Source: Octopus bimaculoides (Eukaryota). Taken from it: 39,238 bases of DNA. Under the pieces are notes generated by a model. That model saw only the letters and a list, made by a program, of their open reading frames with translations, had not been told where the DNA came from and made no database searches. The DNA lies in NCBI RefSeq assembly GCF_001194135.2, contig NC_069006.1:13200360-13239597 (forward strand), in the 5' to 3' direction. Below, piece after piece: positions 1 through 11,276 of this stretch (position 1 is the stretch's first letter; each line of letters begins with the position of its first letter). Both the position numbers and the translations under genes were made by a program.

Positions 1-171
1 GGATCTTTGATATTAAAATTGTAACCTTCTCATCAGGGAAAGCATGGGAATCATCTTAAACGTAAGACATTATGACCGATTATCGGTCATAATCGGTTAT
101 AATGTCTTACGTTTAAGATGATTCCCATGCTTTCCCCGATGAGAAGGTTACAATTTTAATATCAAAGATCC
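1..171. repeat. Near-perfect palindrome (83-bp arms, 5-nt spacer)
   Basis: 1-83 is the reverse complement of 89-171 with 2 mismatches; it probably continues beyond the window start. Confidence 0.95.
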
Positions 172-215
172 CTATGGATCACACAGGTTGTAATCCTTTG
201 AAACATATGTAGGAA
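132..215 (+). ncRNA. Type-I hammerhead ribozyme motif (U4C core variant)
   Basis: TTCC-CCGATGA-GAAGGTTACAA...TTGTAATCCTTT-GAAA-CATATG-TA-GGAA: stem I TTCC/GGAA, about 11-bp stem II, palindromic stem III ACATATGT, GUA triplet. Confidence 0.75.
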
Positions 216-264
216 TAAAGTATGCAATTATAACATGCGTTTTCTCCAATCCTTAAATTCTTAA

Positions 265-298
<34 letters not shown>

Positions 299-499
299 AT
301 AGTTGAAATTTATAGAAAAATAAAAGACAAAGACAGGTGCTTATACAACAAGCAAGCAAGTGTATTAGTTTGATGCTCAGGAAAATGAGAAAGCCTTTTA
401 CATTTCAAGCCTACACTCTTGAACAGAAAGGAATAAGAGAAAATAAACAGAGAGAGAGAATAAAAAAAAAACCTTGTGGATTTAGCAGTCAAATGAAAT

Positions 500-665
500 G
501 TATATATAGCTTGAGTTTCAGGAGTCCACATCTATTCAACATTCTGCCAAACAACTACAAACATTTGCGAGAGATATGGGGTGTAGAGGTCTTCAAAAAA
601 CATCTGACCAAATTTATATCTGAGATACCATCGAACCCACATTGTGGCAGGAGGCACAAAAAAAG
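500..665 (+). mobile_element. CR1/L2-like LINE ORF2 C-terminal remnant
   Basis: SLSFRSPHLFNILPNNYKHLREIWGVEVFKKHLTKFISEIPSNP resembles the SLxFRGPxLFNxLP...FKxxLDxxLxxIPDxP LINE C-terminus. Confidence 0.55.
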
Positions 666-814
666 GTGGCTCCACCCAACTCACTACTTCACTAAAAACA
701 GTACAGAAAGGAAACCCAGACACACTGAAAGGTGGTACTCCAGCATGGCCCCAGCCTTTGGCTGAAACCAATAAAAGATAAAACATAATATACATACACA
801 CACACACTCATATA

Positions 815-1006
815 CTCTTTTACTTGTTTCAGTCATTTGACTGCGGCCATGCTGGAGCACCACCTTTAGTCAAGCAAATCGACCCCAGGACTTCTTCTTT
901 GTAAGCCTAGTATTTATTCTATCAGTCTCTTTTTGCCGAACCGCTAAGTTACAGGGATGTAAACACACCAGCATTGGTTGTCAAGCGATGGTGGGGGGAC
1001 AAACAC

Positions 1007-1040
<34 letters not shown>

Positions 1041-1183
1041 GGCGGGCTTCTTTCAGTTTCCATCTACCAAATCCACTCGAGGCTATAATAGAAGATACTT
1101 GCTCAAGGTGCTACGCAGTGGGACTGAACCCGGAACCATGTGGTTCGTAAGCAAGCTACTTACCACACAGCCACTCTTGTGCC
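815..1183 (-). mobile_element. tRNA-derived SINE family B with internal (TA)n, near full length
   Basis: Head GGCACAAGAGTGGCTGTGTGGTAAG...GGTTCAGTCCC (A/B-box-like), central ...GGAAACTGAAAGAAGCCCG-(TA)n, tail ...GACTGAAACAAGTAAAAGAG. Many copies occur in the window. Confidence 0.85.
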
Positions 1184-1744
1184 TATATATATATACATAT
1201 AAATATATATTTATATATATATCAACTGTTCAGTGTAGCTCCAGCATGGCCTTGATCAAGCGCTTGCTCAGTGTCACCAAGTCCCCTGATTGATCCCTCA
1301 TTGACAAGGGTATTAGTTGAAAGTCCTTTTATTGGTCTTTTGTGTTTGAGAGTCAATAGTTTCAGAGTTATGTAGAGATTTGGCCCAAATCTATGGTCTG
1401 GATGTAATCCAGCTCTAATCTTGAATGGATTAAAGGATTAAATATGTGGACAGTGACTGAATTTGCTGTGATAAATAACTAAAAATATTTGCTTTGGAAA
1501 GATTAAATATTTTATTCCTTAATCTTAAATCTTCACACCAACATTAAAAATTTTTCTCCATAGATAAATGAAATAAACAAACTACTACTACTACTACTAC
1601 TACTGCTACTACTTATTTCATCGGGGTCGATAAATTAAGTACCAGTCAAGTACTGGGGTTTGATGGAATCAACTATACCCCTTCCCAAAAATTCCAGGCC
1701 TTGTGCCTATAGTAGAAAGGATTATTATTATTATTATTATTATT

Positions 1745-2340
1745 GAATGAGAGAGCAGTGCATGCCATCAGAGTGATACTGGGGTAAAATATACAAAGCC
1801 CAGTATACCCATCATGGCTACCAGTCTGATAAGGGTACACTAGGTACATGCATCACAACCATATGTGAGCGACATAAGGATCTCATATCAAGATAAACAG
1901 CGCATGACCTTGCAGGTGGGGTCCAGTTAGAATTTTCTTCGGGTTGAATAGCCCATCCCACTCGAAAGGTCCTTGAATAAGGCTTGTTTAAGGATGATGA
2001 ATGAAGCACGTGTGTTCCCAGAGGTGAATTATTCAAATCCCAAAGAATTCCTCTCAAGACATGGCTATGATGCTCGTGATCAGAGATGCATATATCATCA
2101 GGAGTGGATCAGAAATCCACTACTTCTGTTCGTGATCAGAGATGCACATATCATCAGCCATTGAGGGACATGCTCAACTGGTTAAGGTCAAACAACTGAC
2201 AAGGAAATTTGTGGTACTGAGCAGAATATTTGTTGTAACCCGTCTTTTATACCAAAACAAAACAATGTACATGATAACACTTCCAATCAGTTAAGATCAA
2301 AAGCCATGAAAGCCACTGCTTGGTACTGCATCAAGGCATA
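1745..2340 (+). repeat. Interspersed repeat of unassigned class
   Basis: Non-coding, abruptly bounded by an (ATT)n tract and resembling a common octopus repeat from memory; single copy in this window. Confidence 0.4.
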
Positions 2341-3047
2341 TCAAAACGAATGCCATGTCGTATCTGTTTTGGCTCTTAATATTCTGAATTCATATCCTGC
2401 TGAGGTCAACTTTGCCATTCACCCCTCTACTGTTGATAACATAGTTTCAATCACATACCAGGGTTGTTCAAAATCATCATCATCATTGTGTAACATCTGC
2501 CTTCCATACTGGCATGGGTTGGATGGTTTGACAGGAGCCGGCCAGGTAGAAGACTACCCCAGGCTACTGTGTCTGTTTTGGCAGGATTTTTATGGCTGGT
2601 TGCCCTTCCTAACACCAACCCCTCTGCAGAGTGGTGGACTGAATGCATTTTATGTAGCACCAGCACAGGGAAGGTCAGTTCTGGCATGGTTTTTACAGCT
2701 GGATGCCCTTCCAAATGCCAACCACTTTACAGTGTGGACTGAGTGCTTTTTACCTGGTACCCTCACTTGACCTCTTAATCCTACACACATCTCTCACTCG
2801 ATTCGAACTATCCTTTGAGTAAACAACGCACAGAGTACACTGGATACAATATGATATATATCCACCTTTGCAACTACAATTATCTCCGGAAAATACCCAC
2901 AAGGATTCTTTACATGGATGTTTACTGTTGGAATGGAACTATACTCCAAGTACTTTTTCTTCTTTGTTCTTTCTTCTACGCATCACTCTCACTTCTTACT
3001 ACAAATCTCCTCTTATAGATGTAATAATCCATTCTTCTACTATTACC

Positions 3048-3096
3048 GTCTCCGATGAAGGGATACATTGGATTTACCCTGAAACAGCTGTAAGAC
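3048..3096 (+). ncRNA. Type-I hammerhead ribozyme motif (U4C core variant)
   Basis: GTCT-CCGATGA-AGGG...CCCT-GAAA-CAGCTG-TA-AGAC: stem I GTCT/AGAC, stem II AGGG/CCCT, palindromic stem III ACAGCTGT, GUA triplet. Confidence 0.75.
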
Positions 3097-3716
3097 TTTA
3101 TACATAAAATATAATTCTNNNNNNNNNNNNNNNNNNNNNNNNNNNNNNNNNNNNNNNNNNNNNNNNNNNNNNNNNNNNNNNNNNNNNNNNNNNNNNNNNN
3201 NNNNNNNNNNNNNNNNNNNNNNNNNNNNNNNNNNNNNNNNNNNNNNNNNNNNNNNNNNNNNNNNNNNNNNNNNNNNNNNNNNNNNNNNNNNNNNNNNNNN
3301 NNNNNNNNNNNNNNNNNNNNNNNNNNNNNNNNNNNNNNNNNNNNNNNNNNNNNNNNNNNNNNNNNNNNNNNNNNNNNNNNNNNNNNNNNNNNNNNNNNNN
3401 NNNNNNNNNNNNNNNNNNNNNNNNNNNNNNNNNNNNNNNNNNNNNNNNNNNNNNNNNNNNNNNNNNNNNNNNNNNNNNNNNNNNNNNNNNNNNNNNNNNN
3501 NNNNNNNNNNNNNNNNNNNNNNNNNNNNNNNNNNNNNNNNNNNNNNNNNNNNNNNNNNNNNNNNNNNNNNNNNNNNNNNNNNNNNNNNNNNNNNNNNNNN
3601 NNNNNNNNNNNNNNNNNNNNNNNNNNNNNNNNNNNNNNNNNNNNNNNNNNNNNNNNNNNNNNNNNNNNNNNNNNNNNNNNNNNNNNNNNNNNNNNNNNNN
3701 NNNNNNNNNNNNNNNN

Positions 3717-3758
<42 letters not shown>

Positions 3759-4869
3759 TTCTATATATACGATGGTCTTTTTCAGTTTCTGTCTACCAAA
3801 TCCACTCAGAAGGCTTTGATCAGCCTAAGGCTGTTGTAGAAGACACTTGCCTAAGGTGCCATGTAGTGGGACTGAACCTGGAACCATGTGGTTGGGAAGC
3901 AAGCTTCCTACATCTGTATACCATAGTTAGTGCTGTACTAAGGTAACATCTCTTGTGACTTACTGTATTAAGAACTCAGTAAATATCAGAAAGAAACAAA
4001 AAGATAAGGAATGTCATCTCAGGACAAAAACTTTAGTAACTGGCCTATCAACTATTTATACATTAAGTGTGGTGCATAGAGAGCTTTTTTTTAAATTAAA
4101 TATTGGCTCAATGACATATACCAGATCATCATCATTTAACAGCCACTTTCCATGCTGGCAGGGGTTGGACGGTTGGACCAGAGCTGGCAAGCTAGGGAGC
4201 TGCATCAGGTCCCAGTCTGATTTGGCTTGGTTTCTACAGCTGGATGCCCTTCCTAATGCCAACCTCTTTACGGTTATGTGTAATTATTATTACCATTTGC
4301 CACGTGGTCAAGTGGTACAGTTGCTAAAACAATAGCAAAAAATGTCCAGTTATTTCTCTTACATTCTGAGTTCAATTCTTATCAAAGCTAAAATTGTTTT
4401 TTTATTCTTTTGGAGTTTGATAAAATAAAATACCAGTTAACTATTGAGGGCTGATGTAATTCATGCTTCTTTTCTATGCATCTTCAGGTCAATGGACAAA
4501 GTCCCTGGTCACTTGTATGTGGTTGCAATAGAATACAAAATAGTTTCCTGGTCAACTCTTGTTTTGGTTTACAAGACAGCACAGCCTTGGATAATGGCAA
4601 TTCCTTTAAAAATGGTATTGTGTAGGTTGAGGGGATGTATTTGGCTGTTATTTCTAGCAGGTTGAGATACTTCATAGAGGTGCTCCATACACACACACAC
4701 ATAGAAAGAGTAAGAGGTGAAACAGGGAGTGAGAAAGGCAGACTGGAAGAGAGAGAGAGAGAGGGGGGGATGACAGAGACAAAGATGAGAGAAAAGGCTA
4801 CAGACATTGGAGAGAGATATAAAGATGCCAAAAAGAAAGGAAGAGAAATAGTAATGTACAGATGAAAGA

Positions 4870-4910
4870 GGGAGATGGGGAGATAGATAGATAGAGATAG
4901 ACAGATAGAG

Positions 4911-4951
<41 letters not shown>

Positions 4952-5125
4952 CAAAGAAACAAAGTAGTTAAAGAAGGAAGGAGAAAAAGAGAAATAGAGA
5001 CAGACAGACAAATAGATATAAAGATAAATATATAGTGAGATAGATAGATGGATAGATAGAGAAAGAAAATAGGTGAAGGGGAGAGGGAGAAAGAGAAAGT
5101 GGGAGAGAGAGAAGGGGGGGGGGAG
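4870..5125. repeat. (GA)n/(GATA)n purine-rich microsatellite block
   Basis: Visible directly. Confidence 0.95.
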
Positions 5126-5609
5126 AGAGGTAACATGCCCAAACAGTTCCCAGTCACAAAACCAGTTAAAGCAACAATCTATCTCCATTTTATGTTGACA
5201 ATGGATCAAGAGATTCAGAGATTGACCAACTTTGACCGAGTTATTTCAACATTGGATTATTTTGTATTCCTTGAAAAGTCGACTTGCATTTGGATAGCTT
5301 GCGCCGCCGCCACTGCCGCTACCACCGCTAAAACGAAGAAGTTGGTGATGACGACGCACACACACANNNNNNNNNNNNNNNNNNNNNNNNNNNNNNNNNN
5401 NNNNNNNNNNNNNTACTTTTATTTCAATTTGTTTCAGCCAGAGGCTGTGTCCATACTGGAGCACCATGAGACAACATAATGAAACCAGTAAAAACAACCC
5501 CCAAAAAAAACAACAAAAAAGAACAAAGGTGATATTATACAAATTAAGACAGGCCTTCAAACACCTCGTTTAATATCGTTAACGAGTCATCTAATGATTT
5601 CTTCCTTTT

Positions 5610-5641
5610 TTTATTTGTAACACTTGTGTTTTTAATTTATT
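5610..5641 (-). terminator. Candidate polyadenylation signals (AATAAA at 5636-5641 and 5610-5615, minus strand)
   Basis: Two AATAAA hexamers about 100-130 nt past the stop codon. The background is AT-rich, so specificity is low. Confidence 0.35.
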
Positions 5642-5738
5642 TTCGTTTTTTCTCTCTTTCTTTCTCCCCACAACCACCACCACTGAATATAATTAATTTA
5701 TCGCAGTAATTATTGGAATAATAAAATTTTAAAAAATT

Positions 5739-5822
5739 CTATATGTCTTTGCGTTTCTCAACTTTTAACCAAATTCCATTTTTTGGGGCCAACAAAAAGT
5801 TATCATCAAGTTCGACAGGAAT
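5739..5822 (-). CDS. CYP exon 14, terminal ([27 protein letters not shown])
   Basis: ttattttttcag|ATT CCT ... TAG; typical clan-3 C-terminus. Confidence 0.92.
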   Translation of the reverse strand: MPVELDDNFLLAPKNGIWLKVEKRKDI

Positions 5823-8800
5823 CTGAAAAAATAAGTTAATTCATTAATTATAATTAAAATTAAAATTAGAACAGAAGAAAAAAAATTAAACTACTTCTTT
5901 TTATTGCCATCACTGCCACCACCAAAAGAAGGAGGAGGAGGGGAAGAAGAACAAGAAGAGCAGCTGCTACTACTACTACTACCACTACTTCATCAGCTTA
6001 TCCTTTGAGACCCTACTAAATAGATTTTGACACAAGATAACCAGAGACCCTGGCTCCAGATTAAACAATGTCTCCTTCATTTCTAAATCCAGATTTCATA
6101 CAGAATGTGTTAAACTTTGTCTTTGATTTCTTCTAGAATTGGTTAAAGAAATAGCATACCAGTTATATTCTGAGGTTGATTGAAAAAAAAAAAAAAAGGC
6201 ATCCTAATATTATTGTGGATTTGAATTCCCATCAGAAAATTTAAAACTTAAGAGAGAAATCAGTGCCTGAACATCACAACTTCATCTTTGTCGATCTCTG
6301 AAAATGTCAGGATTTCGTACTTAAAGAAGATAAGATCAATTTGAGTATTTTGGCAGAATTCTTTAATAATAATCAATTCATTGGATACAGGTCGAGCTGA
6401 GATATCACAGCTCTGGTAAAATAGATATGAGATCAGGCTGTCGCAGGAAAGAATCACAAGACGGATTCTTTAACATAATCCACCTGCGACATTGCAAGAT
6501 GATGCAAGGGACATAACTCTTCACAGTAATCTTCATTTATTTATTTATTCTTTCTTGCCAAAGATGTGTTTGTGTTTGTTTCCAATCGCCACTTGATGAC
6601 CGTCGTTAGTTTGTTCACGTCCCTGTAATTTAGCGATTGGGCAAAAGAATCCAGTAAAATAAGTATCAGACTAAAAAAAAAAAAAAAAAAACGAACAAAA
6701 ACCATAAACCCTGGGGTTGATTTGCTTGACTAAATGCTTTGAAGGCAGTGCCCCAGCATGGCCAGAATCCAGTGACAGGAACATGTAATAACAAAAAAAG
6801 AGGGGGAAGAAAAAGGTATATACATGTGTGTGTGACTGTGTTTGGATGTGCATGTGTATGTGCGTGTGTGTGTATTCACACAAGAGTATGATTCACTTCT
6901 ATTCCGTCTACACATTCAGTGGAAGTAGAACTCAACTTTGCTGCAATCTTGTGGACTGCGGCCATGCTGGAGTACCATTTTGAATCAACCACTACTGCTA
7001 ATTCTTTTAAACAAACCAACACTGGCTGTCAGGTGGTGGTGGAGGAGAAACACAAACACACACACATGCAAGGGCTTCATTCAGTTTCCATCTACCAAAT
7101 CCATTCACAAGACTTTAGTAGAAGACACCTGCCCCAAGGTGCAACACAGGGGGACTGAACCTGGAACCATGGGGTTGGGAAGCAAGCCTCTTACCACAGG
7201 GCCACGCTTTCACCTAGAGTAAGCCTGTTAAGTAATAAAGTTTTTAAAGTTTTAATTAGAGTAATTAACCAAAGACCAACCTCTGTCCTTTCACATGGTA
7301 ATAATTCATAAGAACGTAGAATCTCAACAATTGCTAGTTTTGATTCCAGCTGAGCAAATTTAGGCCCCATACACATTCGGGGGCCGCCACCAAATGGTAA
7401 ATAGCTATATGGATGTCTGCCTTCTGAGTTTTCTGCTCTGAACCTGAAACAGAGAGAAAAAAAGAAAAAAAAAGAAACTAAAGGAATAAATAAATAAATG
7501 GTGTTGGGGAGGGGGATAACTAGACGAAGGGGATGAAGGACAAGATGGAGGAGAAAAAGAGGAAGAAGTGTGTGTGTGTGGCTAGATACTTATGTGTGTG
7601 TGTATATAAGTATATACACCAGAGGCGACTCCAGGTCATCAGCGTCACTCGGGCTCATCACAGATGCCGCATAAGACACATGCCTGCTCGAAGAATTTCA
7701 CGTTTTTCCGCAATATTTCTAGCCCCAAATAGCTTATTCTTTTATATCTAGCTCTATGTCTTTCTTCATTTCTAAGTTAAGGGTGAAAATAAAGCAACCC
7801 TGCAAAACACACAGACACACAGAATAACAGCAATCAAATAACGACAGCGGATTGCACAACGAACATCAGCGATCTGCCTGTCGACTGTGCTCTTGACAAG
7901 AGATGCCAGTTAGTCTTTTACATCTACCAGGCTGGTTGGTATTAGACCGATTTGCTGGATAATTTTTCGTTCTTTTAAGAATATTGTAGAACAGAAACTT
8001 TTCATAGATTGGAATTTAAATCTTAATCTCTACAGAAATTTATTGCTTCAATAAAACATTGAATTACTTTTAATTTTTATGACTATAGATAACAACTGAG
8101 GCTGTAACTTCTGAGCCCAAGTCAGGCGCATGTGAACGATGTCAAGAGAATGTTTACTACGAATGATATGTTTTTGACACAGGGCACTTCTAAGACGACC
8201 ACCAGACGCTGAACGAATATAAATTAAACTGCAATTAGGCTCAATAAAAGGAGCCCGAGTTATTGCCTGCAATTACATTTTTGAAGTTAGTGTTGGCAGA
8301 AATTAAATCAGCTTGCAAATAGACGTTCACTTTACTAAATGTGTACTCAGGCTAAACCTGAACAGCTCCGAGTGCGGGGGTTGCCACTGATATATGTATA
8401 CTGAGACAGAGAGTTGGGGGAGGGATGGAAGAAAAATATGAATCATTTTGGACCAAAAATATTGGATATATACTGACTTTTAAAGTTGAAGGATAAATCT
8501 ATAACAGAATTGGCTCTTTTAGGCCTTTACAGCCCCTCTTCAAATTCTGTTGTGGTTGACTTTGCCTTTCGTCCTTTTGGGGTTGATAAAATAAGTAACA
8601 GTTGCACACTGGGGACTCATGTAATCGACTCACCCCCTTCCCCAAAATTATTGGCCTTGAGCCAGAATTTGAAATCGATGTTATATATTATCATAATATC
8701 ATTTTATCATATTTTAGCATCATACATAATTATAACATAATTCATATAGTGTTATGAAATTATAAATCATAAACATGCGTAAAGGGAGAGAACTGCTTCT

Positions 8801-11241
8801 TAAAATGAAAAACATTTGAAACAAAAATTCACTTTTTATTACCGCTCAGGGTCAAATTTTTCTGGTTCCGGCCAGATTTCTGGGTCATGATGTATGGTAT
8901 ATATTGGAAAAACAACGTCTGCTTCTGTTGGAATTGTCCAACCCTGGATTACTGACTCTTTAGCTGCAATTCTATTGGTCCTAAAAGAACAGAAAGCATG
9001 AAGATTTTAAAAGAGTTTTATGTTTCATATAAAATTAGTTTTTAAGCAAGGAGCCTTTAAAATATATATCTTGACATGCTAGAAATCACCCATATCACAC
9101 CTTAATTTTTAAAAGAACGGGAAGGACACATTACACGCTGCTGCACTAGATATCTCTAAAACTGAAGGATAGATGGTCATAGATAGATTGCCTATGATCC
9201 TAAGGTAGCTTGTTTCAGACCGGCAAGAGACAAAACAACAAAAGAGACATAGGGCAGTGTAGTCCTAGATACACTGTGTCTTAAAACATACAGTTGTGAT
9301 GTTCGTAATAATCATGGGCTTGTGGGTTGAATGATGGTAGCTTTCTTGTGGGGAATGGCATGGCTGGAAGGTAATCGGGAAGCGTTAGGTTCCATCTCAC
9401 TGCACCATATTTCAGTAATGTCTCCTCTGCATCCAGCCCATGCCAGCATGGAAAAACAAGGGCATTTAAATGATGACGAGGAGGAGGAGGAGGAGGAGGA
9501 GGAAGAGGAGGAGGGCTACCGCAGTCTGAATGATTGATCAGACTTTCTATTGATGTGGTATTGATTTCTAAACAAAACAACAAAGTCAATGATGATTGTA
9601 AGGGTTATTTAAGGGTATCACCTACCTTGGTGACACAGGGTACAACCGCAACACTTCGGCCAGACACATGTCCAGGTATTTCAGCTGTTGGAGGTTCTCA
9701 AATGTAACGTCGCCCTGCCACAATACAAACACCTTAGTATTTCAATTTAAGGATTTTGAATGTCGGCACAAGGCCAGCAATTTTTGGGGAGGGGCGTAAC
9801 TCAATTACATCGACTCCAGTACATGACTGGTACTTATTCTATTGACCCCAAAATAATGAAAACTAAAGTTGACAATGGCTGAATTTTGAACTCAGAACGT
9901 AAAGACCAATGAAGTGGCACAAAGTATTTTGCTAGGGATGCTAACGAGTCTGCTAGCAATAATAATCCTTTCTACTAAAGGCGCAAGGCCTGAACTTTTG
10001 TGGGTGGGGGCAAGTCGATTATATTGACCCCAGTATGCAACTGGTACATATTTCATTGACCCTGAAAGGACGAAAGGTAAAGTCAACCCTGGCAGAATTT
10101 GAACTCAAAATGTACAGATGGACGAAATGCTGCTAAGCATTTTGCCCGGCATGCTAACGATTCTGCCAGCTCACCACCTTTTTTCAATGTATTAATATGT
10201 TACATATGGAGGTGCAATGGCCCAGTGGTTAGGGCAGTGGACTCGCAGTCGGAGGATTGCAGTTTCGATTCCCAGACCGGACGTTGTGAGTGTTTATTGA
10301 GCAAAAACACCTAAAGCTGCACGAGGCTCCGGCAGGGTGTGGTGGCGACCCCTGTTGTACTCTTTCATCCAGCTGGGGGGAACACATACGCCATAGAAAC
10401 TGGGAAACCGGGTCCATGAGCCTGGCCAGGCTTTAGAAGGGCACATAAATAAAAAATATGTTACATAATAAATAAGACAGCAAGCTGGCAGAACTGTTAG
10501 CACTCCAGGCAAAATGCTTTGCAGCATTTCATCTGTCTTTATGTTCTGAGTTCAAATTCTGCCGAGGCCAACTTTACCTTTTATCCTTTTGGGGTCGATA
10601 AATTAAATACCAGTGGAACACTGGGGTCAATATAATCATCTTGCTCATCCTACTGAACTTGCTAACCTTGTGTCAAAACATAACAAATAATATTATTGCA
10701 TCTTGCTTTCTTGTTTTTCTTTCTTCCTTTGGCAGGGACCCTCTCGAAGGATTTTTCCAAAACAAATTTAAAGTAGAACAATTTGTGTTTGTTGTGAAGA
10801 ACTTGTTTCACAAGTTGTATCATTAGGAATATGGTTTACATATGCTTCTCTGACCTTTAGAATAAAAACCAGATCTATGTGTGGTTTAAACCAATGCCAC
10901 CATGGACTGACTTTGGTAAAGATTTTCCTGCTAATTTCAAAACTTTCTCAGTCAAATTCCGGTCTCTGTAATTTTGAAGTGGATTCTTGATGTGGTGTCT
11001 TGTCTTCCTTTGTATTAGAAGACTACAACGTATACATGCATCCACACTCACACACACATAAACATGCACACACAGGTACACACTGACTCACACACATGCA
11101 TGCACACACACACACACACATCTATACATACACAAACATATACCACCACACATATGCAGAGACATATACACACACACATGCATGCAGATATTCACACAAA
11201 TACACACAGATATACACAAATACATACACATACACACTGCC

Positions 11242-11276
<35 letters not shown>

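Noticed and set aside
2074-2160. TCATCAG (minus-strand CTGATGA) occurrences, also near 15045
   Set aside because: No matching GAAA, stem II or stem III, so not hammerheads.
4484-5209. 241-aa Leu/Ser-rich ORF downstream of the CYP stop
   Set aside because: Translation of (TC)n/(TATC)n repeats; no domain signal.
6260-6520. Coding-looking stretch and CTGAACA...GAAAATGTC in the last intron
   Set aside because: No recognisable protein motif in any frame; the core is not CUGANGA and no helices form.
10208-10285. tRNA-like sequence
   Set aside because: No complete cloverleaf; it continues into a SINE body, so it is called a SINE head.
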